The notes: generated by a model not told the origin, from the letters alone. Positions 55,283 to 63,104 are shown, numbered from the stretch's first letter. The stretch: 64,000 nt of DNA from Xanthobacteraceae bacterium (GCA_035263865.1 DATFQX010000214.1:1631-65630), one strand, 5' to 3'. Translations and numbers: made by a program.

Positions 55283-55493
55283 GGTGATCTGGCCTGAGTT
55301 GCCGCGCGCGACGTCCTTGCCCGCGCGGCGCAGGCGCTCCGGCGTCGGCAGCGCGCGCAGGTCGCATCTCTTGCTCTCATCTTGGCTCTCCTGCTGATTG
55401 GTGGTGGATCGTTTTCATGTCTGTTGCCGATTGGCGTTGGTGCATTTTCATTTCTGTTCTGTTGGATGGATATCCGCGCCGCACACTCGACAT

Positions 55494-55626
55494 GCTCCCC
55501 TCCCCGCGCTCGGTATGTCCCCTCCCCCGCTTGCGGGGGAGGGTTAGGGAGGGGCATGCAGAAAGATCCGCGCTTGTTCGCCCCTCCCCACCCCTCCCCC
55601 GTAAACGGGGGAGGGAGCAGACCGAG
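55494..55626 (+). repeat. cluster of GC-rich REP-like hairpins (CCCTCCCCC...GGGGGAGGG type)
   Basis: Hairpins at 55520-55543 and 55592-55615. The tail ..CCCCACCCCTCCCCCGT..GGGAGCAGACCGAG recurs at 58004-58066. Confidence 0.8.
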
Positions 55627-56189
55627 TTTGTCGCTCGCTGCGCGCCCGCATCGCGGGCTCGCGTCCCCGGTCGGCGATAGGCGCGCGCGCAGTGCGCGGG
55701 GCAGTAGGGCTTGTCGGCCGCGACCTGCGCGCCGCAGAAGAAGAACTCGGCAGAGGTCGGATCGCCCACCGGTCACCCGCAGCTCTCGTCGCCGAGCGCA
55801 AAGAGCGAACGGCGCTGAGTACGCGGGATCTGCGCGTCGAGCCGCGCATTCTCGACGTCGCGCTCGCCCTTATGGGGCCGGGGCGCTGGTCGCGGCCGGC
55901 GCGAGGAGACGGCGCGCCGGCGGGCGTATTGTGGCCGCGCCGTGCGCGGAATGTTTTGCAGCGCCAGCCGCCGTCCGGGCGCGCCGCCGTAAGGCGACAG
56001 GCGGGCAATGCCGAGACGATGGATCTTCGCGATCACCGCGTTCGCGGTGACCCCTAGCTCCGCGCCGATCTCGCGCGCCCGCGCCCCTTCGCTCCAGCGC
56101 CGGCGCAAATAACGCAGGCGCTTCTCGGTCCATGGCGAGGCCGCGGGGGAGCGTGGCGACCGTGGCAGGCCGAACAAATCTAGCACCAT
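55627..56189 (-). pseudogene. GcrA-like cell-cycle regulator homologue interrupted by an in-frame TGA
   Basis: N-terminus WTEKRLRYLRRRWSEGARAREIGAELGVTANAVIAKIHRLGI. TGA at 55773-55775 is followed in the same frame by PVGDPTSAEFFFCGAQVAADKPYCPAHCARAY. The open frame then runs on through the REP cluster to 55377. Confidence 0.7.
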
Positions 56190-56204
56190 GACTCCTCCCG
56201 AATC

Positions 56205-56250
56205 GTAGTTTTATGCAGTTAACTACATTTCAACTACAAACGCCAACTAC
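56205..56250. promoter_or_regulatory. operator-like array: GTAGTT-N10-AACTAC plus two more AACTAC half-sites
   Basis: GTAGTT at 56205-56210 and AACTAC at 56221, 56232 and 56245 (spacing 11 and 13 nt), inside the 83-bp divergent region between the gcrA-like and repressor genes. Confidence 0.5.
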
Positions 56251-56272
56251 CACATGTAATGGAATTCACGTT

Positions 56273-56920
56273 ATGAGAGCCCCCATGCGCACACTCCGTG
56301 GAGAGCGGCTACGAATGGCGCGCGAGAAGCGCTACAAGTCGGCGCGGCTTGCCGCCAAGGCGATGGGCATTGCGGTATCGACCTACGGCGCGCACGAGCG
56401 CGCGGAAACGCCGGGCGGGCGCGACTACGGTCCGGACGAGGCCAGGAAATACGCGCGCCGCTTCGGCGTGACGCCGGAGTGGCTCTTAACCGGCCGCGAG
56501 CCGTTCCCGGAGGGGGATGAGCCCCCTCCGCCGAAAGTACCGGTGGTCGGTTATGTTGGGGCGGGCGCCACCGCGCACTTCTACGATGTGCCGCCCTCGC
56601 ACCTCGACGAGATCACGCCACCGGTCGGACTTGCGGAGAACACGGCGGCGGTCGAGATTCGCGGCGATAGCCTGGGCCCGTTTTTCAACCGCTGGTACGT
56701 CTTCTACGACGACGTGCGCCGGCCAGTGACGCCGGATCTCATCGGCCACCTCTGCGTGGTCGGGCTTCCCGACGGCCGCATCCTCATCAAGCAGATCCAG
56801 CGTGGCGCCTCCGAGGGCCTCTACTCGCTCTATTCCGCGACCGAAAAGCCGATTCCCGACGTGCCCGTGGAATGGGCGGCGCGCGTCAACGTGATTTCTC
56901 GCGGCGCCGACCGCCAGTAG
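56273..56920 (+). CDS. phage cI-like repressor (XRE-type HTH + S24 LexA-like peptidase domain)
   Basis: HTH LRMAREKRYKSARLAAKAMGIAVSTYGAHE. The C-terminal domain has Ser context IRGDSLGP and Lys context RILIKQI. The start is either 56273 or 56285. Confidence 0.8.
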   Translation: MRAPMRTLRGERLRMAREKRYKSARLAAKAMGIAVSTYGAHERAETPGGRDYGPDEARKYARRFGVTPEWLLTGREPFPEGDEPPPPKVPVVGYVGAGATAHFYDVPPSHLDEITPPVGLAENTAAVEIRGDSLGPFFNRWYVFYDDVRRPVTPDLIGHLCVVGLPDGRILIKQIQRGASEGLYSLYSATEKPIPDVPVEWAARVNVISRGADRQ

Positions 56921-57188
56921 CACGCCGCTCCGCAGCCTGAGTTTGCGGCAAGCGAAGCCTGGCCGCATTTGGCGAGCGCGTTCTCTCATCTGTTGTGCAA
57001 AATTCGCGCGCGCCCGCTCTCGACTCCTCTTCCCAAAACGAAAACAACGTGGGAAGCAGGTGCGGTCTATCAACGAATCACGCCCGACATCACCCCGGCC
57101 CTTCGCGCCGGCCTGTCCACAATGGGAGGGAGGCGGGCCGAATTTGCCGCTCGCGGCTCATTCCATTTCTGCCGAATGCCAAGCTGTC

Positions 57189-57209
57189 TACTACAAAGCG
57201 TAGTTGACA
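57189..57209 (+). promoter_or_regulatory. second operator-like inverted repeat overlapping a TTGACA -35 box
   Basis: TACTAC-AAAGC-GTAGTT (57189-57205), with TTGACA at 57204-57209. It lies upstream of the ORF starting at 57270. Confidence 0.4.
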
Positions 57210-57269
57210 TTCATTGCCGCATCTTTTCGTCATCCTCCCGACCGCACATTGCAAAGGAGCGGAAACAGG

Positions 57270-57857
57270 ATGACCGCAATAGAGCAAAAGCAAATGCGCG
57301 CCACGAGCGGCGCATGCCGCGGCGTGGACCGCACACGCTGCTTCCTCGAGCGCATCGACCCGCATCTGGGAAGCCTGGCCGGTGACCGGGAGCGCCGCGC
57401 CTTCCTTAAGCGCCAGCTCGAGGGGTGGGAGTACCGCTATGCCCGCTTCATCGCCACGCAAGGCGCCTCGGAGTTTTCAGCAAGCACCAAGATCCGCCGC
57501 ACGCCGCTGATTTTTTGCTCACCATCACCGGGCTTGCCGCGCGCGCCGGCGCGCTGGGGCGCACGCATCGGTAGCGCCGCCTTCTTTTTGCCTCCACCAC
57601 GAGTCAAAGCGTGGATTGGTGGTAACTGGAGGAGGTTGGGTATGGGTAAATTTCTCGCTACGGCCGCATTCGCGACCGCGCTCATCGCGGTTGCCGCGTC
57701 CGAGGCCTCGGCACAAACATTCGTCTGCCAGGCGGTCGGCCTGCGCTCGGTTGCTTATGGCCGGGCCTTCTTCGTGGGCGACGCCAAGTGGATTGCGCTT
57801 TCCCGTTGCGCCCGCCGCAGCGGCCTTTGCACCATCAGCTATTGCGTCCCAGGCTAG
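57270..57857 (+). CDS. hypothetical ORF; only the N-terminal ~70 codons look coding
   Basis: AAGGAG precedes the ATG at 57270 (MTAIEQKQ...RAFLKRQLEGWEYRYARFIATQG). The middle is junk-like, and the frame then merges with the next small gene. Confidence 0.25.
   Translation: MTAIEQKQMRATSGACRGVDRTRCFLERIDPHLGSLAGDRERRAFLKRQLEGWEYRYARFIATQGASEFSASTKIRRTPLIFCSPSPGLPRAPARWGARIGSAAFFLPPPRVKAWIGGNWRRLGMGKFLATAAFATALIAVAASEASAQTFVCQAVGLRSVAYGRAFFVGDAKWIALSRCARRSGLCTISYCVPG
57642..57857 (+). CDS. small secreted Cys-containing protein (71 aa)
   Basis: GGAGGAGG SD. Signal peptide MGKFLATAAFATALIAVAASEASA. The mature part has 4 Cys. Confidence 0.5.
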   Translation: MGKFLATAAFATALIAVAASEASAQTFVCQAVGLRSVAYGRAFFVGDAKWIALSRCARRSGLCTISYCVPG

Positions 57858-57909
57858 GCGCATTGACGCGTCTCACGCGCGTCCTCGACACGTCGCCGGT
57901 GCGGTAAGT

Positions 57910-58066
57910 GCCCTCGCCCCGCGATAGCGGGGACTCGCCCCGCGATAGCGGGGAGAGGGCTCAAGATTCGATTTGCACTCGTTCGGGTGAGGGGCGCCAC
58001 AAATGCCCCTCACCCCACCCCTCTCCCCCGTTCGCTTCGCTCACGGGGCGAGGGAGCAGGCCGAGC
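57910..58066 (+). repeat. cluster of REP-like hairpins including a perfect 21-nt tandem duplication
   Basis: CTCGCCCCGCGATAGCGGGGA occurs twice (57913-57933 and 57934-57954) inside a GCCCTC/GAGGGC outer stem. A further hairpin lies at 57985-58015. The tail is homologous to 55579-55626. Confidence 0.8.
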
Positions 58067-58076
58067 ATCGCCGTGC

Positions 58077-58365
58077 TCACGCCATCCCGTCGACGATCAC
58101 CAAATTGCCGGGGGCGCTCTTAAGCCGCAACGAGATCACTTTTTGATACTCGGCCGACCCGTACAGCCTTCCGCGGCAGCGCGTGAAGGGAATTCGATGA
58201 TCACCAGCCGGGATGCGGCCATTCTCCTTCGACAACGGTCAGGTTACCCCCGCGTACGATGAACTGTCCCCCGAACGGAGCGAGCGTCGCTGGCACCGCC
58301 TTGCGATATTCATCGAACATCGCCTGGTCTTTGACGGTCTCCGCGGCAATCGCATAGGCCTTCAT
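58077..58365 (-). pseudogene. DUF1330 domain protein gene with two 1-nt frameshifts
   Basis: Three successive frames read MKAYAIAAETVKDQAMFDEYRKAVPATLAPFGGQFIVRGGNLTVVEGEWPHP / LVIIEFPSRAAAEGC / YGSAEYQKVISLRLKSAPGNLVIVDG. The total length of 289 nt equals 3n+1. Confidence 0.65.
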
Positions 58366-58582
58366 CAACAACTTCTCTCGCCGAAGTCACTAATATCGCC
58401 AAATGAGAGCACCGCATGACGCTAGCTCCCATTGTCGGGGGGCGCAAATGGCACGTTTGGTCGGCCGCGTCTGAACCTATTGAATTGTCCGGGCATACTT
58501 GCTTCGATTGTCTGTTCCCGTAGGGCTCACTTCTCGTTCTCCCGCATGGGAACTACTTTTTTGAGAAAACAAGGAGAATTTC

Positions 58583-59980
58583 ATGCGACGCATCATTTGT
58601 ACGATCGCGGGCGTTGTGCTGGTTGTTTGCATGATCGCTCCCATGGCCACTGCTCAGCAGAGCCAGTCCAACCAGCAAGCAACAACCGATCCCGCCAGCA
58701 ACCCCGATCAGGAGTTGGGCAGACGCTTTTTGGTCAAGGCGGACCAGTTACCGCCGCCAAAGAGCGATCCGGTCGCGGCAAGCCGGTCTTTGGTCATTCC
58801 GTATGCGGGGCAGGCACCGCGCGTGATGGAGGGTTTTACCGCCACGCCGTTCGTCACCGGGCTCGAGCATCCGCGGCGATTGCTCGTGCTTCCCAACAAC
58901 GACGTCATCGTCGCGGAGCAGAAGGCGGGATATCTCACGCTGCTGCGGGACCAGGACGGCGATGGGAAGGTGGACTTCATTGAACGCTTTGCCGACGACT
59001 TCAAGGCGCCTTACGGGCTTGCCTATCGCGACGGCTTTGTTCTCGTGGCGGATCAGGACGGCATCTGGCGCGTGCCGCATGTCAGCGGCGCGCTGCGCGC
59101 GGGTCGCCCGGATCAGCCGAAGATCACGGATGTGCCGCCGGAGCAGCGCAAGCCCGTGCCGGCGGCCTATGGCCAGGAAATGATCACGCAGAAAGGCGTG
59201 TTCGGCGTCGTTGCGGGTCATCAGAACCGCCACCTCGCATTGGATCCGAAAACGGGCGCGATGTTTGTGGGCGTTGGCTCCTCCGGCAACATCGGCGTCG
59301 AGCCGGAGGTCAAGGCATCGATTCAGCGCTTCGAGGCAGACGGCTCCGGCCAAACCACGTTTGCGTCCGGGATGCGCAACCCGACGACGCTCGCATTCCA
59401 CCCAACCACCGGCGAGCTTTACGCCGGCGTTCAGGAGCGCGACGGACTGGGCGACAATCTTCCGCCCGATTATTTCACGCGCGTGCAGCAGGGCGCCTTC
59501 TACGGCTGGCCTTACGCCTATATCGGCCCCAACCCGCAGCCGGGCTTTGCGCAGCGCGCGCCGGAGAAAGTGAAAGCGACCGTGGTTCCGGACGTGCTCT
59601 TTCAGCCGCACTCGTCGGTTTTGGACCTGGTGTTCTACGACGGCGAGCAATTCCCGGCAGAATATCGCGGCGATGCATTCGTGGCGCTGAAAGGTTCGTG
59701 GAACCGCTCCGAGCCGACCGGCTACAAAATTGTTCGCGTGCGATTCAAGGACGGCAGACCGGACGGAAGCTACGAGAATTTCGTCACCGGTTTCTGGGTC
59801 TCCGGTCAACATCGGGCCGAAGTGTGGGGCCGCCCCGCTGCGCTCGCCGTCATGAGGGATGGCTCATTGCTGATTGGGGACGACACCGGCGGCACGATTT
59901 GGCGCGTATCGTACACAGGGCCAAAACAGCAGGCCTCGGACGGGGAAAGCAAGCCCGCAGCCCCGCAGCGCGGACGATAG
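58583..59980 (+). CDS. PQQ-dependent sugar dehydrogenase (sorbosone dehydrogenase family), secreted
   Basis: Signal peptide plus beta-propeller blocks (RNPTTLAFHPTTGELYAGVQERDGLGDNLPPDYF, YGWPYAY). Confidence 0.85.
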   Translation: MRRIICTIAGVVLVVCMIAPMATAQQSQSNQQATTDPASNPDQELGRRFLVKADQLPPPKSDPVAASRSLVIPYAGQAPRVMEGFTATPFVTGLEHPRRLLVLPNNDVIVAEQKAGYLTLLRDQDGDGKVDFIERFADDFKAPYGLAYRDGFVLVADQDGIWRVPHVSGALRAGRPDQPKITDVPPEQRKPVPAAYGQEMITQKGVFGVVAGHQNRHLALDPKTGAMFVGVGSSGNIGVEPEVKASIQRFEADGSGQTTFASGMRNPTTLAFHPTTGELYAGVQERDGLGDNLPPDYFTRVQQGAFYGWPYAYIGPNPQPGFAQRAPEKVKATVVPDVLFQPHSSVLDLVFYDGEQFPAEYRGDAFVALKGSWNRSEPTGYKIVRVRFKDGRPDGSYENFVTGFWVSGQHRAEVWGRPAALAVMRDGSLLIGDDTGGTIWRVSYTGPKQQASDGESKPAAPQRGR

Positions 59981-60029
59981 CGCGTGCGCTCCCCAACGGC
60001 GGGCGGCTGAGGCGTATAGGCGCAGAGGC

Positions 60030-60106
60030 GTAGCCCGGGTTGAGCGCAACGAAACCCGGGACCTGCGCGGCGAGACCTGGGTTTCGCTACGCTCAACCCA
60101 GGCTAC
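60030..60106 (+). repeat. palindromic REP-like element (two inverted 31-nt units, each itself a hairpin)
   Basis: GTAGCCCGGGTTGAGCGCAACGAAACCCGGG (60030-60060) versus the reverse complement of 60077-60106, with 4 mismatches. Confidence 0.8.
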
Positions 60107-60121
60107 GAGAACTTACGCTGG

Positions 60122-60502
60122 CTATTTCATGCCATTGACGGCGACGATGTTGAATTTCGCGTATTTCTCGCCGAGCTTGAGTGCAGCTTGAAATTCGGGA
60201 GAATTGCGCCACCGTTGCAGCGCTTCCATGCTGTCCCATCGAAGAATCACAACCGGCCCGACAGGCAGCTTTCCCGCAAGCTGCGTGCCCGGTCCTGCCG
60301 CGACGTATTCGCCACCGTGATCTTTGACCGATTTCTGCGCCGGCGGAACGTATTCTTTTGCGTAGCCATCGGGGTTGGAGACCTCATTGATGGCGATCAT
60401 GTAAACCGGCGGTTTCGCTTGCGCATGCAGAGCTTGGATCGCAGCGCCACCGAGTGCCGCTCCTGCCAACATTGATACCGCGATGGTCAATCGGGTTTGC
60501 AT
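60122..60502 (-). CDS. DUF1330 domain-containing protein with signal peptide
   Basis: The ATG at 60502 follows GGAGGA. MQTRLTIAVSMLAGAALGGAAIQALHA, then a DUF1330 core (VYMIAINEV...ILRWDSMEALQRWRNSPEFQAA). Confidence 0.8.
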   Translation of the reverse strand: MQTRLTIAVSMLAGAALGGAAIQALHAQAKPPVYMIAINEVSNPDGYAKEYVPPAQKSVKDHGGEYVAAGPGTQLAGKLPVGPVVILRWDSMEALQRWRNSPEFQAALKLGEKYAKFNIVAVNGMK

Positions 60503-60867
60503 TATCGTCCTCCAACCGTCGTCGTGCTGCGAGGGGATAATGACGTCGCTCCAATCCTCATGCAATCCGAGCAACGCGTCCCTCCGCCGCTTCTTAAACG
60601 TGGCGTTCTGCCTTTCCAGGCTGCGCAGCCGCGTAGGGCGCAATAAGCGAAGCGCATTGCGCCATCCTTGCCGGGCCGGCGCGGCACCTGCCCTCGCCCC
60701 GCGGCAGCGCGGGCCATCGATGCGACCGGTGAGACGGCGGGCGCGACGCTTGCCATGGCCGCGCCGAACGTGCCGGCGCCGCCGGCGAGGCCAAGAGCGA
60801 GGCTCCTCTCGGCAGAAAGCGTGATGGCCGCCAAGGTAATGACTGCCAGAGCGACGGTGCGATACAT
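60502..60867 (-). CDS. small secreted Gly/Ala-rich ORF, translationally coupled (TAATG) to the DUF1330 gene
   Basis: A strong AAGGAG SD lies 6 nt before the ATG at 60867. Signal peptide MYRTVALAVITLAAITLSA. The distal half reads through a REP-like hairpin, so its true length is uncertain. Confidence 0.4.
   Translation of the reverse strand: MYRTVALAVITLAAITLSAERSLALGLAGGAGTFGAAMASVAPAVSPVASMARAAAGRGQVPRRPGKDGAMRFAYCALRGCAAWKGRTPRLRSGGGTRCSDCMRIGATSLSPRSTTTVGGR
60637..60663 (+). repeat. REP-like hairpin GGCGCAAT-N11-ATTGCGCC
   Basis: A perfect 8-bp inverted repeat of the type that translates as ..AYCALR.. in Bradyrhizobium-like genomes. Confidence 0.6.
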
Positions 60868-60899
60868 GCGCGTCTCCTTAGTTTGAAGGCCCTTGCTTC

Positions 60900-60924
60900 A
60901 ACGCCACAGCCGGGTGCCGGTTCA
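60900..60924 (-). promoter_or_regulatory. ECF/EcfG-like promoter candidate TGAAC-N16-CGTT
   Basis: Minus strand reads TGAAC (60924-60920), 16 nt, then CGTT (60903-60900), about 33 nt upstream of the ATG at 60867. Confidence 0.35.
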
Positions 60925-61029
60925 ATCCGATCGCGAAGCCGGCTGCGGTTGATCCCCTCACCGCACCGGAGCAGACTGCGCCAACCGCACGAGGCGCAAC
61001 TCGTGCCAGCCGCCTTAGGGAGGGGCACC

Positions 61030-62814
61030 TTGAGCGGAGAAAGGGTCGAGCGCCGCCTCGCGGCCATTCTCGCCGGGGATGTCGCAGGCTATTCGCGGCT
61101 GATGGGCGTGGATGAGGAAGGCACGCTGGCCGCACTCAAGGGCCACAGACGCGCGGTCGTCGATCCAAAAATCGCGGAGCACCGCGGGCGCATCGTCAAG
61201 ACCACGGGTGACGGCATCCTCGTCGAGTTTGCCAGCGTCGTCGATGCGGTACGCTGCGCGGTCGACATCCAGCGGCAAATCGCGCAGCGCAACACCCAGG
61301 TCCCGCCGGAACGGCGTATCGAGTTTCGCATCGGCCTCAACGTCGGCGACATCATCATCGACGACAAGGATATTTACGGCGACGGGGTCAATATCGCGGC
61401 GCGTCTGCAAGCTTTGGCGGAGCCAGGCGGGATCTGCGTGAGCCGCAGCGTGCGCGATGAGGTGCGCGACAAGCTCGATTTTTCGTTCGAGGATATGGGC
61501 GACCAGCAGGTCAAGAACATCGCCCGGCCAGTCCCTACCCATCGCGTTCGGCTCGAAACGCCGGCCGATGCGACGATGACTGCAACGCTCACGACGGCCC
61601 GATCGCCACGACCACCGCCGCAGAAGCCGTCGATCGCGGTGCTGCCGTTCGCCAATATGAGCGGAGACGCCGAACAGGAATATTTCTCGGAGGGCATCAC
61701 CGAGGACATCATCACCAACCTTTCGCGCAACCACGCATTTTTTGTGATCTCGCGCAGCACCTCCTTCACTTACAAGGGTCCGGGTGTGGACGTGGGCAAA
61801 ATGGGTCGCGAGCTCGGCGTGCGCTATGTGCTGGAAGGCAGCGTGCGGCGCGCCGGCAATCGCGTGCGCATCACCGCACAGCTGGTCGAGGCGGCAAGCG
61901 GCCATCATTTATGGGCGGATCGCTACGACCGCGAACTCGCCGATGTCTTTGCCGTGCAGGACGAGATCGCCCGCAGCATCACCGGCGCGATCGCGCCCGG
62001 AATCATCGCGGCCGAGATCCGGCAAGCGCAGCGCAAGGATCCCGATCAGCTCGATGCCTGGGACCGCACGGTGCGGGCGCACTGGCACGTGCGCCGCTTC
62101 ACGCGTCAGGATCTCGCCGAGGCGCGGCGCCTGCTGACGGAAGCGATCGCATTGGACCCGGCAAATTCAATGGCCTATGCCGATCTCGCCCTTGCTCGGC
62201 ATTTCGAGGCGGTGTTCGGCTGGGGCGACGGACCTCTCGAGTCGCATAAGCAGCTCGGCGAAGCGGCGCGCAATGCGGTGGCCACCGATGACAACGACGC
62301 GATGGCTCACACGACACTGGCAATCTTCGAGCTGTTCTCTGGCCGCCACGAGGAAGCGCGCCGCCGCCTCCTTCGCGCCCTCGACCTCAACCCTAATTCG
62401 GAGTTCGCCCGCGGTTATCTCGGCGCAAGCTATGGTTTCGCTGGCGATTACGAGGCCGCCATGTTGCATCTCGAGGAGGCGATCCGGCAGAGCCCGCGCG
62501 GCTGGATGGTGGTGGTCTGGCACATGTGCAAAGGCTGGGCGGCATTCCTGGCTGAGCGCTACGAAGAGGCGGTCGCGTTCACCGAGGAGGCGCGCGAAGC
62601 CAATCCGGAATTTCCCGATATTTATGCGGTCTTGGCGTCCGCCCATGGACATCTTGGGAATGCCGGAGCCGCGCGCGAAGCCTTGGATCAGCTGCTGCCT
62701 CGCATGCCGGGATTGACCGCGAGCGATGCGCGTCTCGTTCGCCCGTTCGCGCGAGCGGCCGATCGGGGGCGCTTCCTCGAAGGCCTGCGCAAGGCAGGGC
62801 TGCCCGACGCATGA
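61030..62814 (+). CDS. class III adenylate/guanylate cyclase with C-terminal TPR-like region
   Basis: The TTG at 61030 follows GGGAGGGG. Cyclase blocks LAGDVAGYSRLM, KTTGDGILVEF, RIGLNVGDII and GDGVNIAARL, then a TolB-N-like segment and TPR-like repeats. Confidence 0.85.
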   Translation: MSGERVERRLAAILAGDVAGYSRLMGVDEEGTLAALKGHRRAVVDPKIAEHRGRIVKTTGDGILVEFASVVDAVRCAVDIQRQIAQRNTQVPPERRIEFRIGLNVGDIIIDDKDIYGDGVNIAARLQALAEPGGICVSRSVRDEVRDKLDFSFEDMGDQQVKNIARPVPTHRVRLETPADATMTATLTTARSPRPPPQKPSIAVLPFANMSGDAEQEYFSEGITEDIITNLSRNHAFFVISRSTSFTYKGPGVDVGKMGRELGVRYVLEGSVRRAGNRVRITAQLVEAASGHHLWADRYDRELADVFAVQDEIARSITGAIAPGIIAAEIRQAQRKDPDQLDAWDRTVRAHWHVRRFTRQDLAEARRLLTEAIALDPANSMAYADLALARHFEAVFGWGDGPLESHKQLGEAARNAVATDDNDAMAHTTLAIFELFSGRHEEARRRLLRALDLNPNSEFARGYLGASYGFAGDYEAAMLHLEEAIRQSPRGWMVVVWHMCKGWAAFLAERYEEAVAFTEEAREANPEFPDIYAVLASAHGHLGNAGAAREALDQLLPRMPGLTASDARLVRPFARAADRGRFLEGLRKAGLPDA

Positions 62815-62852
62815 GCGCGTAGACGAGAGCCAGGCACCAGAAGAGGTCGACC

Positions 62853-63104
62853 GTGTCCAGATTAGGCCTTTTTGTCGCGCTCGCGCTCTGCTTCGTCGCC
62901 GGATATCTCTTGGCCGGTTTGTGGTCGCGCGGGCGCGATACGACGCCCCTCGCGCAAATCTGTGCCCGCGTCGATTACGTGACCAGCTTGCAAGAGAATC
63001 TCAAGGGACAGGACGCGGCAAGCGAGGACGTGCGCGGCGAGCTTAAGCGGCTCGTCGAGCAGTGCCGCACGGCACTGCGAGATCGCGCTGAGGAAAGCGA
63101 CTGA
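62853..63104 (+). CDS. hypothetical small membrane-anchored protein (GTG start)
   Basis: N-terminal TM segment LGLFVALALCFVAGYLLAGLW with a charged helical tail. I recognise no family. Confidence 0.4.
   Translation: MSRLGLFVALALCFVAGYLLAGLWSRGRDTTPLAQICARVDYVTSLQENLKGQDAASEDVRGELKRLVEQCRTALRDRAEESD

Larger units (their letters stand above)
54923..57857. mobile_element. degraded prophage-like regulatory module
   Basis: It contains a cI/S24-type repressor, a gcrA-like gene with an internal stop, small orphan ORFs, and a low-GC divergent control region with repeated half-sites. No integrase or structural genes are present. Confidence 0.4.

Noticed and set aside
57913-57954. A perfect 21-nt tandem repeat, and the other repeat clusters, considered as a CRISPR array.
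   Set aside because: There are only two abutting units with no spacers, each unit is a REP-like hairpin, and no cas genes are in the window.
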